A stretch of DNA of 53,401 nt from Candidatus Bipolaricaulota bacterium (GTDB lineage: Bacteria; Bipolaricaulota; Bipolaricaulia; M55B111), in NCBI GenBank assembly GCA_018334915.1, contig JAGXLB010000003.1:1-53401 (forward strand), written 5' to 3'. This document shows, one piece after another, positions 48,170 to 53,401 of the stretch; the stretch's first letter is position 1, and every line of letters starts with the position of its first letter. The notes under the pieces were generated by a model. It searched no databases, was not told the DNA's origin, and was given only the letters and a program-made list of their open reading frames with translations. A program made the translations under genes and the position numbers.

Positions 48170-49468
48170 TTACATATAACCTAGTTGCATTCCGAAAAAC
48201 AAGAGTATGCTGGCCAGCGTCAGATTGAGGACTGTTAGAGGCACACCGACTTTGAGCCACTTGGTAAAGGATATAGGATTATCAGTCCTTTCGCTAAGTG
48301 ATACGGTAATTACGTTTGCAGACGATCCAATTGGAGAACTTATTCCGCCAAGACATGCACCAAGGGCAAGAGCCCACCAATAAGAGGATAGATGTATTCC
48401 ATGAATACTGCCGAGCCCCTGTATTACCGGTATTAATGCTATGGTGAGGGGAACGTTGTCAATTATTCCAGATAGTATCCCCGCTAGCCATACAAGGATC
48501 AACGGTGCGAGCAACGGAAAGTTTTCAGCTATGACCCCAAATTCTCGGGCGATTTGATGGATTATTCCCGTTTGTTCTAACCCTCCGACTAGTACAAATA
48601 GCGAAGAATAAAATAATAGAACGCTCCATTCTACGTTGGCGAGAGTCTCCTTGACATCCGGCCTTATTAAAAGAAGTGCAAGGGTAGCTCCGACAAAAGC
48701 CACTGTCTGGGGTTGTAGGCCGATCATTCCATGAATCAAGTAGAGTCCTATTACTAATATCATTACTCCGGATGCCTTTTTCACGTCGTTCCAGTCCTCC
48801 ACTGTCCTAGCAGGATCAATTTCCTTTAGAGCCTGTCTCTGCTTGACAGTTGAAGGCATAGTTTTATTGAATCTAAACCAGAAATAGACGACGGATGCGA
48901 GCCATACCACCACCGCAATCGGACCCAGGTGAGTAACAAACTCTGTAAAACTCAAGTTTGCAGCCGAACCGATTATAATGTTGGGAGGATCCCCGATTAA
49001 GGTTGACAGTCCTCCAACGATCGATAGCATGGATTCAGAGATCAGAAAGGGTATAGGCGAAAGTCCGAGTAGGTCTGTGATCGATAGCGTGGTAGGTACA
49101 ACAATAACCATGGTTGTCACGTTATCCATAACGGCTGAGGCTACGGCGGTAAAAGCACCCAACCCCAGTAAAAGTAGCCATACCCGCCCCCTGCTTTTCT
49201 TGGCCATAATTATCGAGAGGTACTCAATTAGGCCGGTTTTCTGGACCGTACCGACCATAATCATCATTCCAAGAACCAGGGCTATTGTGTCGAAATCTAT
49301 TGCAGAAAAGGCTTCGGGCTGAGTATAAAAACCTAAAGCAATTCCTGTTAGGAGGATGGAAAGAGCTCCGGCCAGAGTTACGATAGTTCTGTCGACTCTT
49401 TCCGAAAATAAGATTACGTACGTTATGAAGAAAATTGTGAGAGCAATAACCCAGTTCATATAACTCAT
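48170..49468 (-). CDS. ArsB/NhaD (IT superfamily) ion permease, tandem paralog
   Basis: IDFDT, DNVTT, TLIGDPPNIII, DNVP, PIGSSAN. Confidence 0.88.
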   Translation of the reverse strand: MSYMNWVIALTIFFITYVILFSERVDRTIVTLAGALSILLTGIALGFYTQPEAFSAIDFDTIALVLGMMIMVGTVQKTGLIEYLSIIMAKKSRGRVWLLLLGLGAFTAVASAVMDNVTTMVIVVPTTLSITDLLGLSPIPFLISESMLSIVGGLSTLIGDPPNIIIGSAANLSFTEFVTHLGPIAVVVWLASVVYFWFRFNKTMPSTVKQRQALKEIDPARTVEDWNDVKKASGVMILVIGLYLIHGMIGLQPQTVAFVGATLALLLIRPDVKETLANVEWSVLLFYSSLFVLVGGLEQTGIIHQIAREFGVIAENFPLLAPLILVWLAGILSGIIDNVPLTIALIPVIQGLGSIHGIHLSSYWWALALGACLGGISSPIGSSANVITVSLSERTDNPISFTKWLKVGVPLTVLNLTLASILLFFGMQLGYM

Positions 49469-49534
49469 AATAACTAGACTGGGTAGTTAAGTCAACAGAA
49501 AATAAGGAGTCAGTTTCGGGAGATATTTGTGGCT

Positions 49535-50389
49535 CTAGATACGAGAACCTCTATTTTTATCCCAGTTGAGCTTGTTTCTCACGGTTTCGAAAAAATTGCT
49601 CCGAAAATCCGGTACCAACATGAGTGTAGGCGTATTTGCCCTGTTGATTTCTATTGACTCATTTTTCTCCAGATCTCCGATATGCCTTCCATCAATCTGG
49701 ATTGAGACTGGAGTGTTGGTTTTGACATTTATTTCCGTTTCGTCTGAGCAAATGATTGGCCTGAGACCGAGCTTATGGACGTTAAGGGGTGTTATGCTGA
49801 AGGCGGAAGTATTCCGGGTAATAAGTGGTCCTCCACAAGATAACGAGTATGCTGTGGACCCCGTGGGTGTAGAAACTATTAGTCCATCTCCGGGGTAAGT
49901 AGCTACTTTTTGTGACTCCAGGTACAGCTCAACTTCAGCCAGGCCCCCTGCAGTGCCTCGAGTAATCGTAACTTCGTTAAGTGCAGTAAAGACGCCACTT
50001 TCTCCGGACTGTATGGAATCCGAGCTGCACCGGAGTCTTGTCAGTTCCCTGACGGAGGACCCTTCTTTGAGGGCTCTTGTGAGGCTCTGAGTTAGTTCGG
50101 ATGAGTCCAGTCCCGTTAAAAAACCGAGTTTGCCAAGATTGATTCCCAGGATAGGAATGCAATAGGGTGCGATCAGATCAGCTGCCTGAAGGAAGGTGCC
50201 GTCCCCACCGAGACTGAGTAAAACCATTTCCTTGTCTCTTTCTTTTGCTTTTTTTTCGACGTCTTTTTGATTAGCAACTTCCCTGAGGGGCACCTCGTGG
50301 TCCCTGCACCATCGTTTAATCGTTCGAATAGCTTCGAAAATCTTGTCGGATTTCTTGCCCTTGTAGAGTAGGATTTGCTTATAATTCAT
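49535..50389 (-). CDS. nadK: NAD kinase
   Basis: GGDGTFL, NLGKLGFL, LNE, DGLIVSTPTGSTAYSLS.GG. Confidence 0.95.
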   Translation of the reverse strand: MNYKQILLYKGKKSDKIFEAIRTIKRWCRDHEVPLREVANQKDVEKKAKERDKEMVLLSLGGDGTFLQAADLIAPYCIPILGINLGKLGFLTGLDSSELTQSLTRALKEGSSVRELTRLRCSSDSIQSGESGVFTALNEVTITRGTAGGLAEVELYLESQKVATYPGDGLIVSTPTGSTAYSLSCGGPLITRNTSAFSITPLNVHKLGLRPIICSDETEINVKTNTPVSIQIDGRHIGDLEKNESIEINRANTPTLMLVPDFRSNFFETVRNKLNWDKNRGSRI

Positions 50390-50414
50390 TTATGTTTCCT
50401 CATCGATTAATGTT

Positions 50415-51179
50415 TTATTGGTCAAGATAATTCCACCTGCAAAATGCTTTTTCAAGGACCTCCACCAGTAGGTATAACCCCAGTCCCAGGGCGGCGAAAG
50501 CAAGGATACCGGCAAACACGTCAGTATAGGAAAATACTTTCCAGGAACTATTGATATAGTAACCAAGGCCAACATTAGTGTAGGACAATTCCGCGAGATA
50601 TAAAGCAGCTATTCCCAGGCCGATACTGATACGAGCGCTGCTCAATACGCTGGGAAGTGTTGCGGGAATTACTACGTGACGATAAATTTGGAATTTACTG
50701 CCCCCCGAACTTCTTACTGCTTTGATCCACTGAGGTGAAATATTTTTTGCCGCGTCCCGGGCGCTAATCATGACCTGAAAAACAGCGACAAGAAAAATGA
50801 ATATGACTCTAGAGATATCTCCTAGCCCGAAAAGAATTAGTATTACGGGTAGAAATACTATTTTTGGAACCGGGTAAACGAGGTACAAAATCGGTGAGAT
50901 AAATCGGCTGATCTTTTCCTCGAACCCCGTTATCAAGCCAGCAGTGGAGCCTACAAAGATTGCCGCCATGAGGGAAACTAAAAGGCGTATAGCGCTTCGG
51001 ACGAAGTTCGGCCAGATTATTCCCCAGTGGTTTATTAACGCGGAGAAAGCCTTAACCGGGTTTGGGAGGACCGAGCTTTTAGGTCCGGAAAGGAAGAAAC
51101 CCACTGCAATACTTGCCAGCCACCAGAGAAGCAACACCGCTGTAAAGCTTATTGCGTATCGAACCAGGTCTTTCTTCAT
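50415..51179 (-). CDS. NitT/TauT-family ABC permease
   Basis: P.PKIVFLP, EAA-like loop (AVRSSGGS...YRHV.IPA.LP), AEL....GLG. Confidence 0.9.
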   Translation of the reverse strand: MKKDLVRYAISFTAVLLLWWLASIAVGFFLSGPKSSVLPNPVKAFSALINHWGIIWPNFVRSAIRLLVSLMAAIFVGSTAGLITGFEEKISRFISPILYLVYPVPKIVFLPVILILFGLGDISRVIFIFLVAVFQVMISARDAAKNISPQWIKAVRSSGGSKFQIYRHVVIPATLPSVLSSARISIGLGIAALYLAELSYTNVGLGYYINSSWKVFSYTDVFAGILAFAALGLGLYLLVEVLEKAFCRWNYLDQ

Positions 51180-51889
51180 GGTAGTTCCTGCCTCGTTTTT
51201 TTGACTACCCGATAAAACTCTTCACTACGCCTAAATCCTTCCGTTCCCATTTTTGGGTTTTCGATCCAGGTTTTAACGCTCGCGGGAGCTTGAGAAAGAA
51301 CTGCAATGTTCCGCCCGAGAAATGCTACTTCTTCCATGTCGTGGGTTACTAGAGTCAAAGTTAACTTTCGATCCTGCCAGAGCTTCAATACCTTGTCCTG
51401 CAGGCTTTCCCTTGTGAATTCGTCGAGAGAGACGAACGGTTCATCCATTAAAAGTATTTCGGGATCGACGGCGAGGGCCCGGGCGAGCCCCAATTTTCTC
51501 TTTTGACCGCCGGACAATTGTGCCGGGTAGCTGTCCCTATAAGAGTAAAGGTCGAGCTCGTGAAGGAGGTCTTCTACCCCGCATTCGTCTCCCTGTCGGC
51601 CTAAATCCAGGCCCAGTGTCGCGTTCTTCCAGATCGTCTTCCAGGGAAGCAACCCAATATCCTGAAGAATTAAGGCGATCCTGTCTTCAGTTGTATCAAC
51701 CTGAATTAGTCCCGAATAATTCTCGTGCAAACCTGCTATCGTGTGAAGAAGAGTGGTCTTACCGCAACCGTTGGGCCCAATAACCCCCAGGCTGTCTCCT
51801 TTATCCAGGGAAAGGTTTAACCCGGATATGACCTTTTCGTTTTCTCCTCCTGATTCGTACTCAACTGAAAGACCAGTAATCTCTATCAT
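51176..51889 (-). CDS. NitT/TauT-family ABC ATPase
   Basis: GPNGCGKT, LLPW, LSGGQ, MDEPF, VTHD. Confidence 0.93.
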   Translation of the reverse strand: MIEITGLSVEYESGGENEKVISGLNLSLDKGDSLGVIGPNGCGKTTLLHTIAGLHENYSGLIQVDTTEDRIALILQDIGLLPWKTIWKNATLGLDLGRQGDECGVEDLLHELDLYSYRDSYPAQLSGGQKRKLGLARALAVDPEILLMDEPFVSLDEFTRESLQDKVLKLWQDRKLTLTLVTHDMEEVAFLGRNIAVLSQAPASVKTWIENPKMGTEGFRRSEEFYRVVKKTRQELP

Positions 51890-52989
51890 TTGGATTTCTC
51901 AACCAATTTGGCCGAATATCCGTCGTAAGCTTTTTCGAAGGGAATTCTTTCATTTAAGTATCCTTTCGAAATTGTCCAGTCAAGAACGGAATCAAATACC
52001 TCTTCATTTAAGGGTTTAGGGCTGGAAAAGCTGGGAATCTCAAATAAACTCGCGAACTCCTCGGTGAGCTCTGCGTTTTCTATTGCGTTACGAAGACCGG
52101 GAAGTGTCTCGGAAATTATCTGAGTTGTGAGATCCAGGAGTTGAATGTTACTGCTGGAATTTGTTTCTTTTAAAGAGCCTTCCCAACCTTTATAAAATCT
52201 GTCGATCAACTCCGGATCTTTATCTAAAAACTTCCGGTTGAAAGCGAATACGAACGGTGGTAGGGCAACCTCTCCATAATTGCTAAGTAGTTCTATCTGG
52301 TATCTCTTGAATCCCGGATTTTCTAAAGCGAGGGTTAATAGTGGCTCTGGAAGAACGGTAGAGACGAAACCCTCGTTTAGCAGGAAGTTAAGGCGAGAGA
52401 TTAGATCTTCCCGGTTTAAGTAGTACTTATCATCGTTCTCTGGGTAACCTTCACTTTCCATTAACTGATCCGTTGCATAATGATCGTCCCGGCTAAGTGA
52501 TAGAATGATCGAATTTTTAGGGGAATTGTCAAGCCAGTTTTCTACAAGGTCATTCAAGGAAGAAACATTGTGGTAAAGATTACTAAATGCCAGACCCATG
52601 TGTCTGCCTGATTCGTTCGGGTCGAAAGCAGTGGAGGAAATTTTTAAATTCCCGGTACCCTGTATGGCATACAGAGAGCTAGAAAGGCCGGTTATTGCAC
52701 AGTCGGCCCGATCCCCGGTGACCAGCCTGGCTGCGTCGCTGGAGCCCCTGGATGGAATTAGATGCAACTTAATATCTTGTTCCAGGAAGGGATCGATAGA
52801 ATTCTCCCCAAGAAAAAATTCTCGCTGAACCCCCTTAGCCAAAGGCAGTGCTGCGATAGTCGGAGGGTAGGCTACTTTTACCTCAGTCAGATTTGAATTA
52901 CCTGATTCTGAAAAAACCTTATTGCCCGTAGCCGCCGTTAGGGTGGCCGTGCCAAGGAGCTTGATGAATTTTCTTCTGGTTAATTTCAT
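51886..52989 (-). CDS. Tat-exported ABC substrate-binding protein (NitT/TauT/SsuA-like)
   Basis: TRRKFIK twin-arginine signal, LPEP motif, operon context. Confidence 0.8.
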   Translation of the reverse strand: MKLTRRKFIKLLGTATLTAATGNKVFSESGNSNLTEVKVAYPPTIAALPLAKGVQREFFLGENSIDPFLEQDIKLHLIPSRGSSDAARLVTGDRADCAITGLSSSLYAIQGTGNLKISSTAFDPNESGRHMGLAFSNLYHNVSSLNDLVENWLDNSPKNSIILSLSRDDHYATDQLMESEGYPENDDKYYLNREDLISRLNFLLNEGFVSTVLPEPLLTLALENPGFKRYQIELLSNYGEVALPPFVFAFNRKFLDKDPELIDRFYKGWEGSLKETNSSSNIQLLDLTTQIISETLPGLRNAIENAELTEEFASLFEIPSFSSPKPLNEEVFDSVLDWTISKGYLNERIPFEKAYDGYSAKLVEKSK

Positions 52990-53401
52990 TTTAAAGATTA
53001 TAGATAGTTACCTATCCCTATTAGTCATTAATGGATAAAAAATTATAGCTGAGGGGAAGTATGGGTTCAATTCAATAAAGAGTTTCCCAATCAAGCGGCT
53101 TTCTCTATTTCCTGGTTATTACGGGACGGTAACGGTAAGAGGGGCATCTGGTGTAATTTTCATTACCTCACTCCAGAATTTTAGCTTTTTCGACGAAACC
53201 TCCTCGGATTTTGCTAAAAAAATTTATTTGATCTTTTATATAAATTTTTATTATCGGTGTTTCGGTTATAGGCTCTTGAAATCCCCCCACCCAACCACTA
53301 TATTTTCAAGCGCAATCAGGAAGAATTTGATCTTTGACAGACGGGTGAGGTTAATAGGCATCCTGTAGTAAGTAGCAACGGATTGACAAGGGCAGATGGT
53401 G

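Noticed and set aside
53297-53314. CTATATTTTCAAGCGC is nearly the reverse complement of 38-54
   Set aside because: Only about 16 nt with an indel and no supporting structure; not enough to call terminal inverted repeats.
1-53401. Many short antisense or overlapping ORFs in the six-frame track
   Set aside because: They lie within well-supported genes and show no recognisable motifs.

Overview
Mostly core-genome bacterial chromosome segment with strongly acidic proteins, suggesting an anaerobic halophile (possibly Ca. Bipolaricaulota/KB1-like; this is inference). Gene order: alpha/beta hydrolase, recF-DUF721, hslVU, thrS, metK, a non-pyrrolysine MttB/MtgB methyltransferase followed by a decayed BCCT transporter, a thrC-apgM-hom-asd-aspartokinase operon without thrB, aminotransferase-pckA-gdhA converging on a second divergent PEPCK-fold gene, amidohydrolase-xseAB-acyl-CoA ligase, acyP, Zn peptidase-rpe-ribD, a wecA-like gene, holB-ricT, a minus-strand miaB-pfkB-CBS-proS-GT2-rho-murA-hflX run, a thioredoxin-fold protein, amidase, ZIP transporter, two ArsB/NhaD permeases, nadK and a NitT/TauT ABC transporter. 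I found no rRNA, tRNA, CRISPR array or transposase. The most interesting signal is non-coding: several small elements with IS200/IS605-type (IscB/TnpB-like) hairpin ends. Two of them (21631-21836 and 44191-44449) share a covarying 16-bp stem around an 88-89 nt interior of divergent sequence and end at the same GTTTTG|GTGAA junction, making them a candidate mobile structured or guide-like RNA family.
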